A stretch of DNA of 63,221 nt, counting the filler, from Diploschistes diacapsis (Eukaryota): NCBI GenBank assembly GCA_023645945.1. It is 12 parts of 12 records of this genome, joined end to end, with 100 filler letters (N's around TTAATTAATTAA, not from the genome) between each part and the next. Parts side by side here need not be neighbours in the genome. Positions count along the whole stretch, not along the records: positions 22,934 to 24,588 come from JALAIB010002759.1; positions 24,689 to 47,455 come from JALAIB010000276.1; 10 more parts are not named here. One strand, 5' to 3'. The notes below the pieces were generated by a model, which was not told the DNA's origin, made no database searches, and saw nothing but the letters and a program-made list of their open reading frames with translations. The number at the start of each line of letters is the position of its first letter. The stretch's first letter is position 1. Shown one piece after another: positions 24,416 through 36,496 of this stretch. Made by a program: the position numbers and the translations under genes.

Positions 24416-24688
24416 GGGTGGGGCTACTTTGCATTGGAAATGAATGGGGGGACGAAGCTACCTCTCTCTACGTGCCAGCTGTCTTTGTGTGCAGTTTAAC
24501 CCGGTAATTTGGCTTTGTTGGCGGGGAAGCGAGTTCAGGTGTTGCATGGGCGCCTGGGCCTTTGTTGCTGAAGTGCAGAGAAAGCATCNNNNNNNNNNNN
24601 NNNNNNNNNNNNNNNNNNNNNNNNNNNNNNNNTTAATTAATTAANNNNNNNNNNNNNNNNNNNNNNNNNNNNNNNNNNNNNNNNNNNN

Positions 24689-25030
24689 GTTTATTAGCCC
24701 TTATTATAATATTTTTTAATTATAAAATTTACGAAGTTATTATCGGGTCCGTTAAGGTTAATTATAGAAGAAAACGTTATTTTGAGTTTGTTATATATTG
24801 TTAAATTTAAATATTATAATTCTTAAGAAAGAATTGAGAAGTTAAAAACTTATTAATTTTATTATTTATAATATTAAAACGTTTTAATTAAAGTTAATAG
24901 ATTGTAAAAATAGAAAAAGAATAAATTAGCTGATCTTGTTAGGGATAAATAGATTAAAACGGTGCATTTATAAAGAGGAAGTTGATTAAAAGGAATGTTT
25001 TATGAACATAAAAAACAACTAATAAGCGAA
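24689..25030. mobile_element. RIP-degraded AT-rich repeat fragment at contig end
   Basis: Very AT-rich, TpA-rich and CpA/TpG-poor, with stops in all frames. Confidence 0.6.
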
Positions 25031-25213
25031 TCGTTTATATTCTAGTAGGGAAGGATGTGGTTTTACTACGGAATTAAGCCCTAAGTCCGAAAAGACTTGG
25101 CGGAATACCTTTTATTTGTAAATCTGTAGCTAGACAATTTAAACACACTATGCAATCGAATCACAGCGTGTTAACTATGTTCCGTGAATATCTCATGTGA
25201 CTTTGATGGAAAT

Positions 25214-25250
25214 CAACAGCAACAACAACAACGACAACAACAACAACAGC
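25214..25250. repeat. (CAA)n microsatellite
   Basis: caacagcaacaacaacaacgacaacaacaacaacagc. Confidence 0.85.
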
Positions 25251-25455
25251 AAAATGGGCGATTGCAGACAAAGTAACGTATTGTGGCCGTGAAAGTTTTG
25301 AGGCACGGCTTTACGGTCGACGCTTACTCTGCATGGAGCATTGCACCTTGAAATATGAGACTCAAGTTGCGTTACCGCTCCTCTTCCGTAAACAAGTATA
25401 AGGACTTGCTCATGTACTCCATCATCTGTGAGTTCGGGCCGTCCAGTTTCCTATC

Positions 25456-26574
25456 GTGACTAAGGCACCAATTCGTATCGCACTCATCGGTCTATCAGCA
25501 TCCAAAGCGGCCTAGGCTACACAGGCACATTTACCATATCTCCTCGAGACAAAGCCCGCTATGAGATTGTTGCGCTACTGAATTCGAGCGTGGAAGCTGC
25601 CCAAGCTGCCAAGGAAGTGTACGGCCTTCCATCTGACGTGAAGAGTACGATGGTCCCGCCGCTGTAGTCGCCGATCCTGGTGCAGACCTCGTTGTCTGCA
25701 ACGTTCGTGTCAATTTACACTATCAAACGTGGAGCCCTCCATCAGAGCTGCAAGGCTGCATTCTGTGAATGGTCTCTGGCAGACAATCACAGCATCATTG
25801 ACTGCGGCGTCGAACAACGCCTGTCATCAGCACGCTTAAGAGGTGCTCGATTCTGGTCGGATAGGCCGTGTGCTGGGCAGCACCGCCCAAATTTTTCAAG
25901 TCACGTTTCCGCGGGGCATGGCGCGTGAGAGATTTGCGTATTGTCTCGATCGTCGCATTGAGGCCATAGAATTACAATATTCTACACACATGTGATAGAT
26001 TGCATACATGATGTCCTCGGTGAGTTCGCCTCTTTCGAGAGCAGAATCCAAATTCAACGCCCTACTATGACGATCTTTGGGAATGTTGGTACAGCGGCCA
26101 AGACTATGGCCTCAGACGTGCCTGACTTCATGGTAGTGCATGGGCCTTTTGATGAAGGGAAAACGAGTGGTAGAAGGCGCGACCCCGAGCGTCATACTGA
26201 GATGGGGTCCTCCACTCAAAGGCTCGTCGACCCCATTTACCTGGTTAATACACGGTGAAAAGGGCGGGCTGTTGGTGACGAATGAGGCTGGGGCGCAATT
26301 GGATTCAGACTCTTTTGCACCCAAACTCGAGCTCTATGACTATGCAACTGACTAGATGACTGCGAATCCATCGGACTATAAAGGTTGGCAGAAGGAACTG
26401 TCGGCCGCTGTACGGACCGTGGAAGAGCTGTATGATAGGTATGCGCAGTGGTGCGAAAACTGGATGCCGACTTCAAGCGTTCTAGAAGAGCAGGACTGGC
26501 CTCGCCTTCACGGTGCGATTACCAGACAAAAGGAGATTGGCACCATCTTCAGGCAATTTGCTGCACAACAGTGA
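25456..26574 (+). pseudogene. GFO/IDH/MocA (Gal80-like) oxidoreductase pseudogene
   Basis: APIRIALIGLSAS..*ATQAHLPYL / YEIVALLNSSVEAAQAA / DLVVCNVRV / HVLGEFASFES...QRP...SDVPD. GTG where ATG is expected, TAG at 25513, and several frameshifts. Confidence 0.8.
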
Positions 26575-28607
26575 TAGGAATTGGCGGACTAGACGAGTTT
26601 GAGAGTTACTTCATCCGCACCTTGTGACTAGTTGTAAGGCGTGCAGCCTTGACGTCCAATCTCCTGTCTTTCAATTGTCCCTACCAAAATACTAGGTGTT
26701 TACCCAATAGATAGTAATAGCAGTTGCATGAGATACATATTGGTGCTGTATGTCACTTCAAGCAAGCATTCCATAATCGCTTTGAATTTAGCTCTTAGTC
26801 ACTACAATCAATTGCCTAAAGCCCTCCACGTTCTGTGCTAATACACATATTTTCGGAGAGAAAGTCGATAGAGTTACAATACTAAATCACCTGACTTCCA
26901 TTTACCTCATTTGCCGATTCGTCCCAGCCCTTCCACGGCCAACCACATGCAAGTTTCGGCGACATCAGTACCTCAGGCTCAATGCTAGGTATAGTATATT
27001 TCTGTTAATATGTGCATAGAGTAGGGGAAAACTATACAATGGACTGCCAAGGTCTCTGTGACCTAATATTCCCCGTTTCTGGATGGCTTGTAACTTCTCT
27101 GGGTACGTGAATAACTGTGTTACGAGCTGTAATTGCAAGCATATCGAAGCAGAACTGGTGAGTGGAGTGCAGACAACAAACACAGGCAGTGGGTAAGAGC
27201 TCTCTCGATAAGGTTCTTTATCTAAAACAATCAGAAACGCCAGGTCTGATCTATTTGAGAGGTGTTTTCACCCCCTGTTGCAACCGTTGGTTTCACATTC
27301 GTTATGGCAATGATATTCCACCTCCAGGCTGCTGTATCATCGATACCGTTTGCCAGTACACGGGAACCCTGAATCAGCGGTTTAGAAGCTCTGCACAAGT
27401 TGTCACTTCTTTGAGAGAACACATGTAACGATGGCTGCTTGGGTATGATCAAAGGCAAAATTGACGATAAATAGACTATGTATTATGAGACCTGCTTTGT
27501 CTGATATTACGAACTCTGTACTTTGTGTTTCTTAACCGTCTCTTTACCTCTGGAGCTCCTTGGTATAATCATGTACATAGAGACGGCGGACCGTGCCCTT
27601 CCTATGCCAGATCAAGCTTTGAGTATATTTTCATCCACGTCTTGAAGCATCTAAGATATTTAACCGAAATGCCACGCAAAGGAGCTGCACAACATCACTG
27701 TCCTGGCAAGAAGAATAAGGGAAATTGCAGGTCAGGCTGGACACCTCAACCTGGGAATGCCCGATATTGCAAGGCGCACTAGACTTACTGCGCGACGCAT
27801 CCTGAGCTCTCTTTTATAAAGACGGAGCCATGCAACGTTTGGGGGGAGTACGGGGTCAACGCAGACGATTAGACTTTTCTTGGCAGAGCAACAACAGATT
27901 TGACTGACACGAATCCATGCGGATTTCATGGAAAGATTCTCACCTGGTGCCGTTGTCCAGCTAGTATCTTTACAGCAAGCGAGCCAACCAATCTCCAAGT
28001 CGATATTATGCATGTATACTTGGCGAGTTTATGACTGTTTGCTTGCCGCTGAAGACGAGGTGTATCATGGCTCCTTGACCTAATCCTAAAAGTGACTAGT
28101 TCAATTACCTTCGATAATGGACTGCGAGTCTCTTCTATATCGCACCAAAAGCTTGTGTTGGCGGTCAAAAATGCTTGTGTGATGATGTTTGATATCATCT
28201 CGGATCAATGGGAGTTTTTGGGGTGCATTAACATTAGTGTAATTAGTCATCGCCATCAGAGCTCTAACCGCCCTACAAGTGTTGGAATTGCAATCATATC
28301 AGTTGTATTAGCCTCTATGTATTAATTATAAGTATCTAATGGAGTTGCCGCTTTTGTTTCCACATTAAAGACTCACCTGCAAGTGTGATATAGGCAAGAC
28401 CACAAAAGGGATAACAGCGGCTGCTGTGCACGACAAAAGAGCTTTCAAGTGTTGAGTAGTAGGAAATAATGGGAGCAAATGAACAAGAGAATGCTAGATA
28501 CTATATGCTAAAAATATTTGGCCCTTATCTTTGTTCTTTTACATACGTTTATGTTTCATCAATTCCCCTGATAAACGGTGATCTTCCCTTTGCCAGTGCA
28601 CACAATC

Positions 28608-29900
28608 ATGTTGGAAATCTTGACTGATCTTACAGATATTAAAAATAGGCTACAGCAGATTGTCGCTGATCTTGAAAAGATCTCAGAGAGCCTGCACAAA
28701 GCTGCTGCCGTAGGTAACGATGACTATGATCCGGAAGCTGCCTCGATTCCATCTGGAAATTCTGATACTTGCGAAGCAGATGTAGACGTTTGCTACGATA
28801 AGCCGGCGAACGTGCAGGACGATGAAGCTACCAATTCACCCAAGCCTGAGATCAAAGATGATGAACCTGATAGCGACGATCGAAGTGATGCATCTGGTTC
28901 GACAACACCGAACTCTACCTCGACCTACCAGTATGCGGAAATGGGTCATGAGCCATACGCATCCTTTCAGTACAAGGTGATAAGTCTACTAACCGAGATA
29001 GGTGGCGATGATGTGAAACTAATGGATCGAATGTGCGGCGGCGGCTTCAACAGGATCGTTCTGGTGGACATTTCTGAAAGCGAACAAGAGCTTGCGCTCA
29101 GACATCGTGCCATTGTGCGAATTCCCACGATACCTCAACTCGACTAGTGAATCCATGAAAGACCAAGGCTATGTTCACAGCGATATCCTAGACCAAGTTA
29201 GCGTTCTTCAACTTCTTCAGAACTATTCTTTGTTTTCAGTGCCTGCAGTCGTGGCATTTGATCCTACATCGCGGAACGCCATTGGGCAGCCATATACGCT
29301 TCATGAGTTTGTACAGGGCACTCGCCTTGATGACCTCTGGAAGCTCATGTCATATGAGGAGAGGCGTGACGTTGTTGATCAGACGATCGATGTGCTACAG
29401 GCAATGGACAGCATCGAGTTCTCTTGTTCGGGCCGGCTGTGTCGGGACAAGAAGCAACATGAGCGGAGTGCAACCTTTTCTCTATCGACTCCTGAAGAGA
29501 AGTCGATAAACCGAAAAGACCAAGACCAAGACATCTCTATCAAGGGCTTTGGAACAGATCAACTTCCGAGTGCAAGAGAAACAATCCCTGAAAAGGATCT
29601 CTTCCCTCTGTTGAAGGAACAGTTCAAGCAGCAACTCGAGAAAGCAAAAGAGCTTGATGCAGCAGGCCGCAAAAAGCGACCTTCGGCACGACCATACCCG
29701 ATTATCGCTATGTTCGAAAAATTGCAGCAGGTAACCGACGAAATGGAAGAATTAGGTTTCTACGATGCTGTATGCGAGCCGCGGAACGTGCTTCACCATA
29801 TGGACTTTGAGCCTAGAAACCTCTCTTCGTGCCAAAAAACGAGAGTGAAGGGGTCATTCCATACCTATTGGGGATTTTGACTCATGTTTGACAGGAACTC
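28608..29900 (+). pseudogene. Aminoglycoside-phosphotransferase (APH)/kinase-like fold gene, frameshifted
   Basis: GHEPYASFQYKV, RMCGGGFNRIV, IVRIP / VPAVVAFDPTSRNAIGQPY, LHHMDFEPRN. Frameshifts near 29125 and 29825. Confidence 0.7.
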
Positions 29901-30234
29901 GGCCGCAAGGTGTCAAAAAAGAACGACCACAAACTCCATCAGCAGTCAACATTCCCGCGCCAGAGCACGACACGCGAGAGAAACCAGCCCCGTCATCGAG
30001 CCTCGATTCATTGCACCACACGTTGCCGCGGTCGAGGTACAAGACCGCCTTCGTCTCGAAACTGCTAAAGATCCTTGATAAACTCGAAAGTACTTCTTGG
30101 TATTATAAGGGCTGAATTTGGAAACTGATCTGCCGACTTCTAGGTGCTTCGACAACTACCCTACCCGTTCTAGACGCTGAGCGAGAGCCGGACGTTGTTC
30201 AGCGCCATATTCCTGAACCGTGTGCGACTTCAGC

Positions 30235-31664
30235 ATGGAACAAGATGCATTGAAAGCACTCGGCATATTGGGTGAGTGGATCTTGGGGAATGATCTTGAG
30301 ACAACTGTATTTGCTCAGGCCTTTGGGCATTAGAAGACATTGATCTTTCGATTTGGGCTAGACATACCCAGCGATCGCAGTCTCTGACAACACGTATTGT
30401 GAACTGCTATCACGACCTAACGGTCGACAGCACAAGCGCTACATTCCCGAACCGACTCTCCATGCGCATGGCAATATGGTCGGCGATTGCTACAGTCTGG
30501 ACGGAATGTAGCGGTAAATCCACAGTTCAACATCCAGACGTTGTCATCGATGTTTATGATCTTGGGTCGACAGATCTTCCACAACAGATTTTGTGGAGCA
30601 TTTGTCACGAGGACCTATTCAACGACTACCTCGACCTTCTCTTACCATCTAGCCAGCTTTCCGTCAAGCAACCGATAGACACGGTGGACTTCAAAAGTCT
30701 AATGCGACTGAATCAGCTCGGCGGAAGAGGCTGTACTACTCTTGTGTATACCCCGTCGGACCCCCTGTCTCAGTTTATATACAAAGGAATCGACTTCAGG
30801 ACCTTTTTGAACAGCTACGAAAGTGGGCACATTCGGGAGGAAGTGAAAATCTCCTATCGATCAGTGGAGCTGGTCAGCAACATGCCACGCCATCCCAACA
30901 TTATGGCCCCTGCGCAGACTCTAGTCACTATCTGCAAACCTAGCGACGACAGGCCATTTGTGTGTGGCAGTCTCTATCCGTTCCTCCCAAATGGCAGCCT
31001 CGCTGGTCACATCGAGAAGAACAATGAATCCGGTGAGCGAATACCACTGTCGTGCAAGGCCCAATGGTGTTATCAGATGGCCGCAGCCACTGCGCATACC
31101 CACTTCGTTGCCCATACCTACCACATGGATATTAAGCCTGGGAATTTCCTGCTCGACGCAGATTACAATCTTGTGCTTATAGATTGGGAGCAAAGTGATG
31201 CCCCCCATTACCACGGCAGCCCCAGAGATTGATAGCACCTGGGACGTAGAAGAAATACCAGCAGGTCTGACTACTGCCCTTCGGTACACGAAATACACTG
31301 GACCGAAGCGGCGTAACATGCCCGTGACTACGCCAGGCGGCAATGGCTGGAACATATGGAACGTATTTTAGTCTGGAGCAAGCAATGCCCAAAAGCTCTG
31401 GAGCTGGCTGAAGTGTTTAGTCTGGGCCGATGCATGTAGATGCTATTGCGCCAGCCGGACATGGACGCCTTCGAAGACGTAATGAGCACGGAAGAAGTGG
31501 TGGAAGATTGGGAATCATCAGAGGACATCCCAGCACATTGGAGGCACGTGGTACTACACTGTCTTAAGCATGACCCGAATGAGAGGATTGGCCTACGCGA
31601 GCTTGTTGCTTTCTGGGATAATGCAAGGCATGAGATAAATGAATGTAGACATAAAGCTGACTAG
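30235..31664 (+). pseudogene. Fungal protein-kinase-like gene, pseudogene
   Basis: YKGIDFRTFL, HPNIM, HMDIKPGNFLLD, LIDWEQ, frameshift in the C-run at ~31201, then TTAAPEID and AEVFSLG. In-frame TAG stops near 30331, 31368 and 31437. Confidence 0.8.
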
Positions 31665-31774
31665 AATGGATACAGCTTCCCCCGTACTTGATCCCAATGT
31701 TTGAAAAAATTTTTTGAATCCCCACCCCCTTCTCACTCTTGCATGTTAGTCGCTGGTCTCCCTTTATGCAACCA

Positions 31775-32531
31775 TTATTGCTTTGTTGTTTGGTGATGTC
31801 CCTGATGTCCCGCGTTGGGTCTATACTTGCAGGCGACCTTACATTTCTTAAGGACAAGAGGACTCGGTGTGGTTCCCGTAGCTACCGGGTATGATCAGCA
31901 TCCAGTGTAATTATCACCAAGAAATCATCTACTTACGCGTCTCGGTGCCCAGCCCAGGCGACAGATTAAGTTGCCAGACTGCTTCAATTGAACGGTTTGC
32001 TCCGTCCTCAGGAGCAATGTCGAAAGGTAGAGTGATGTTGGTACGGCCTTGTGTGAATTCCACCCGAGTAGTTGAATCTGGGTCTTCACCAGTGAAGACA
32101 CAGATGCCGAGTTTCTCCGTCAAACCCCAAGCGATCGAGAATCGCTCTCAGTTCCGAAATAAATGGCTGGCAGCCACTGACATCGGTTAGCGAGGACACA
32201 TCGTAGGCAAATTCGTATGGAGCGATGCCTTGCTCTGTGAAGCGCCATGCGCTGCCTTTGACGTCGCCGGAGCTGTTCAAGCACGACTTGAAGTCTTCCA
32301 AGGCACAGCCACAGATCCAATGTTCACGAGAATTTCATCTTCATCGAGAGAGAAATGGTTGTGTAGCAAGATGATGCCGAAGAGTTTCTGAACCTTATGC
32401 TTGACGAACACCTGCCCGATAGTCGTGGTCAAAAGAGCAATATCCGCAGGCTGCAAGCTGCGGCCAGCATCCGCGATGCTTGGCAAAGAGTTGTAGTGTT
32501 GAGCGGAGTAAGGAAGAACGGTGGTGGCCAT
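31775..32531 (-). pseudogene. Uncharacterised fungal family gene (YNSLP...LLHNHF...VPW...PYEF) with two frameshifts
   Basis: MATTVLPYSAQHYNSLPSIADA...FGIILLHNHFSLDEDEILV...VPW / AWRF...PYEF / EFTQGRTNITLPF. The last exon, after an intron, reads KKCKVACKYRPNAGHQGHHQTTKQ*. Confidence 0.7.
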
Positions 32532-32894
32532 ATTGCTGAGATGACCGATCAAAGATTTCAAAGGTGAAAGTTGAGGTCTGTTGGGGGTAATCGGCACACA
32601 ATGAAGGGAAGTATATAGTATCCTATGCACAGTAAACGCCAAGTAGGGGCTTTGGGCAAGCAGTAACTCTTCTCTAATTACACGTCCTTTCCGCTGTCTC
32701 GGCGGCCGCAGCTGATATCCCGGTGCGAAGACGTCCAAATCCGGTACATCTATATGGCAGGAACGCTTCCACGATCGACCAAACCACATGGCACTCAAAC
32801 TTAAATGCCTCAACTTTGACTCAATCGGTTTTTCGTTCTCAATAAACCCTTCTCCAGAGCCCTTCTTGACCAGCACAAGACATCTTTCATTGAG

Positions 32895-33230
32895 ATGACA
32901 GATATTCTACAGTTCAGTGTGAACATTACTGAGGAGACGTTGATCGCCTCAACAAGACTGTTAGTTCATCCTCCATGCTTAATGCTCGCAGACTTCTTAC
33001 TGATCCAGGGTAGTCACAATCAATTCCCCCCAGACACCGCATTTCCTCAGATGCACGTATTATCCGATGGATTTAAAGAACTCTGTGCAATAATTGCGAG
33101 ATACAGCGCCCAGAGCCATTTCCGACTGCGACTCCTCCATCGCCATACGACGATCCCTGAAGGGCAAGTACTCTCAACGGGACCCGTTCTGGCTCCCTAT
33201 GATGCTGCTCGCCAGAAATTAACATTCTAA
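32895..33230 (+). pseudogene. Truncated remnant with LLHRH motif, probably a distant relative of the divergent neighbour
   Basis: ELCAIIARYSAQSHFRLRLLHRHTTIPEGQVL parallels IGQVFVKHKVQKLFGIILLHNHFSLDEDEIL. Confidence 0.45.
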
Positions 33231-34074
33231 ACAGTGATAGGACCTACTCAAAGGGTGACTAAGAATTTCGAGCTGCTAGAAGATGGTGGGCGGAGGTGAA
33301 AAAGGGGTGAGCGCGAGGTGAGGCGAGGGTGAGAAAAGCGGCGAGGGGTCACGTGCACTGTCGCTTGGCGACGAGGTAAATAAACAACAGTTTCATAAAA
33401 GACTGGGAAAAGTTCTTAGGACAGGCACAATGTGCCACGCTTGCTGAGTCGCCTTAGATCAGGTAAGTCGCGCAACTCGACGGTCTATGCGGTGAATTTC
33501 ACCCATATGATCCCAAAGTCTTTTGTTAATAAAAAGAAGCCAAAATATAACCTTAGATGTATCGACCCTCCCCGGCCCTTTTTATATCTTTATATTCATG
33601 TTCGGCTTTAAGTTCTCAAATACGTAATAATTATCTCTAAACAGAGGCATACTGGCTACTTGTAATCCACTTCATGGAAATATAGAACTAACTCGATATA
33701 TTTTTGATACCGCTTGCTGCGCCTTGTCCCGTAATGCTGGCATCCGCACATCTGACGTTCCTGAGATAAAAGTCTCTTTCCCACGATGAAACTATGGCAT
33801 ACTTGGCTGACTATCTTAAGTAAAATAGTTACACAAATACAAGCTTTACCTAAACGAATGAGATGGCAAACCCCGGTAATTCTAGGCTGTCGTGACAACT
33901 TACATGCATACATTGCCGACAAATCAACTCCCAACTAGCTTTTCAGATATGGCTGATTCTTCAACCTAGCAGGTGTTGCTTCGAAGTACAAAGCAGCAGA
34001 TAGGCTTCTCCTAATTAATAACTATATCACGACCGAGATGACGGATCATCTGCGAGCCTTGGCATTCCGATATT

Positions 34075-34743
34075 TCATCGCCCAGGAAGTCTCGTTACGT
34101 CGAAGAATGATTTCGCAAAGGAAATAGGGCCGAAGTTAGAGAGCTTCAATTCACTTCGAAAGTGTCCATGACGCTGATGATAGCCGAACTCTTTTCTATC
34201 TTTTTCACTGATCTTCTTGACGCTCCCGGAGTTCCTAAACTCCTTGAGGTCTTGCTCATACCGTTCGGCATCGTCAGAATATCCGAGATTGTTTGCCAAG
34301 CGGATAAGTTCTTGAAAGGCACAAATCTGCCGGATCATCTTCAGATTAGCCTGGTGGGAACTTGGGACAGGCTCGCCTACCTCGCAACCTTCTTCCAAAA
34401 TGGGCACAAAAGGATCCGTTCCATGATGCCGCCAGCTGCTGGGAGATATGGTGGAAATACCGAGTCGATTCGTATACTCGCCCACAGCTACCTTGTCATG
34501 TATGTGAAGACACTTCAGACAATAAACACAATGTCGTGGCCGCTTGATACGGTGGCCCCAAGGCATGTCATCCGCATATAGGAAGCCTTTCTCGAGGGCC
34601 TCTTTAGTAGCGCTATCGTTCCCAGGATCGATAGTACTTGATGCTGCTGACTGATCGTTGCCGACCACAGTATCTACTGTGCTCTTAGAGGTGCTCCACC
34701 GGGAAGTGAGTAAATTTACCGTCCTCACTAAGATGTCCAACAT
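34075..34743 (-). CDS. Hypothetical 222-aa protein with CxxCxxCxHxH motif
   Basis: Intact ATG-to-stop ORF with protein-like composition; contains HCVYCLKCLHIH. Confidence 0.55.
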   Translation of the reverse strand: MLDILVRTVNLLTSRWSTSKSTVDTVVGNDQSAASSTIDPGNDSATKEALEKGFLYADDMPWGHRIKRPRHCVYCLKCLHIHDKVAVGEYTNRLGISTISPSSWRHHGTDPFVPILEEGCEVGEPVPSSHQANLKMIRQICAFQELIRLANNLGYSDDAERYEQDLKEFRNSGSVKKISEKDRKEFGYHQRHGHFRSELKLSNFGPISFAKSFFDVTRLPGR

Positions 34744-35648
34744 CTATATGATACCATTCATTATTGGAGGCTTGGATATTGCCGACATCTGGTGAGATTT
34801 CGCCTGACGCAGGATTGATGATTCTGCCAGAATCTGGATTATGGCTCTCTACAGAAGGACGGATGCTACTGGGCCGCGCAGGTTCTTTCTAAATACAGCG
34901 TGTTAGCTGCACATCGTCAGTAATTTCTGGGATTAGATTACCCCTACATTCGTCTGGAACTCGGACTCCATCCTACACAAGCTTATACACTAGCACTGAC
35001 GTTCTGATTAGAGATGTATATGCTATAACATCATTGAAGACAATATACAACCTTCAGGCAGGGTTAGAAATTAATGACTGAAAGGGCACGGATGTTTGAT
35101 GCTTTATACAACCAATCTAATAAGACATCACGAATGACGAAACCGTTTGCTATATCTGGAGTGAGCTCTATGACACTTTAGCAGTCCATCGAAGAGGAAT
35201 ACGAGGAATGCGTCGTCACCAAGATTCAACTTCATGTTCATCACTCACATGGTGAACGACTCATCTTCGATGGTATCATTCTATTCACAATATGAATCAG
35301 CGCCCCACCAGAGTTCTGTTCATCCAACATTCTCCAGGTAATCGTGCTGTTTCGGTTACAAGAGTACAGGGTACAAAGCAATATTCTCATCGTGGTTTTT
35401 GAAGAATAAAGCTATGGGTAGAGAAGCCACCAAAGCTAAAATACACATAATTTATGTGATAACCCCCACCATAACTTCTCACTACTTTCGACCCTTCCGA
35501 GTGCAGTCGAGATCAACGCCAAAAATGCCAGAGCCAAGAATTCAAAAAATCGCCAGACTGAGTTTAGGGTCGAAGACTATCTGTATGTCTTGAAAGGACC
35601 CGATACTTGTGACACGGCTTACTGACAATAGCTGTTGATAAGCCTACC

Positions 35649-36496
35649 TTGGGAAGGTGCAACTACTTCCCTTCTCAACTTCCAGCCGAAATACGTCATT
35701 TGATTCTCAGCTATACCGACCTTGTCGATGAAAACGTTATTAACTGGAGCGCACCGACACACAAGATTGCATACCTAGCGGACCTCATACGATCCGACAG
35801 CAGACTGCACACCCACCTAAATCAGAAGGAAAAGTCAAGGAATCTGAATCAGATGTCTTCGATGGTCCCACTTAACATACCACTTGTAAACAGATGTCTA
35901 TATCATGATGCGAAATATGTTTTCTCCTCTCAAAATATATTCCAGATCTATCGAGAATGGGTCCAAACCCTAAGGTTGGCGTCTCATCCACGTATCTCTT
36001 CAGTGCCCTTTGATAACGTTGCTCCTCTCGCGCACATCCGTCATCTCCATCTCCTCTGGGACGCCTCTGAGCTTACGGCTATGATCGCCTGACGCCCGCC
36101 AATGCAAGGAACCTGCAAGAGTGGCGCGATCTGGTAGCTTGCCTACTTGATCACGCAAATCTTGCTAGTTTGGTGCTATGCGTGACTCTTGATCAACTAG
36201 ATGGGATGGAGATTGTGGAAAGCAGATGGAGGAGTGCTATTTATAATGTCCAACAGTTTATCACGTGCACCATGATGCCCCTGCACAAGCTATCACAACT
36301 TTCATTTTTTGGGGTCCCTCACCAAAGGAGGAAGTGGCTGGAGTCCCTTGTTATGGGAGAAGGCTACGATAGCTCGAACGGCGAAAGATTATGTGTTATG
36401 GCGATTTTGTGGATTTCATCAAGTCGAAGAAATGAGCAGAAGTATTTGCGAGGCCACGCTCGTGATTTTCCCAGTACTGGCGCAATTACTGAGTGA
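35649..36496 (+). pseudogene. Degraded F-box-like fungal hypothetical gene
   Basis: SQLPAEIRHLILSYTDLV...LVNRCLYHDAKYVFSSQNIF...LAHIRHLHL, then TGA at 36090 with coding-like continuation (WLESLVMGEGYDS). Confidence 0.55.

Noticed and set aside
26965..28325. Short ORFs as a degraded gene or Starship captain
   Set aside because: No recognisable motif, including tyrosine recombinase residues, in the frames read.
33290..33400. GAGGTGAG-rich patch with CACGTG and GTAAATAAACA motifs as an element boundary
   Set aside because: Promoter-like, but no TIR, TSD or linked gene could be supported.
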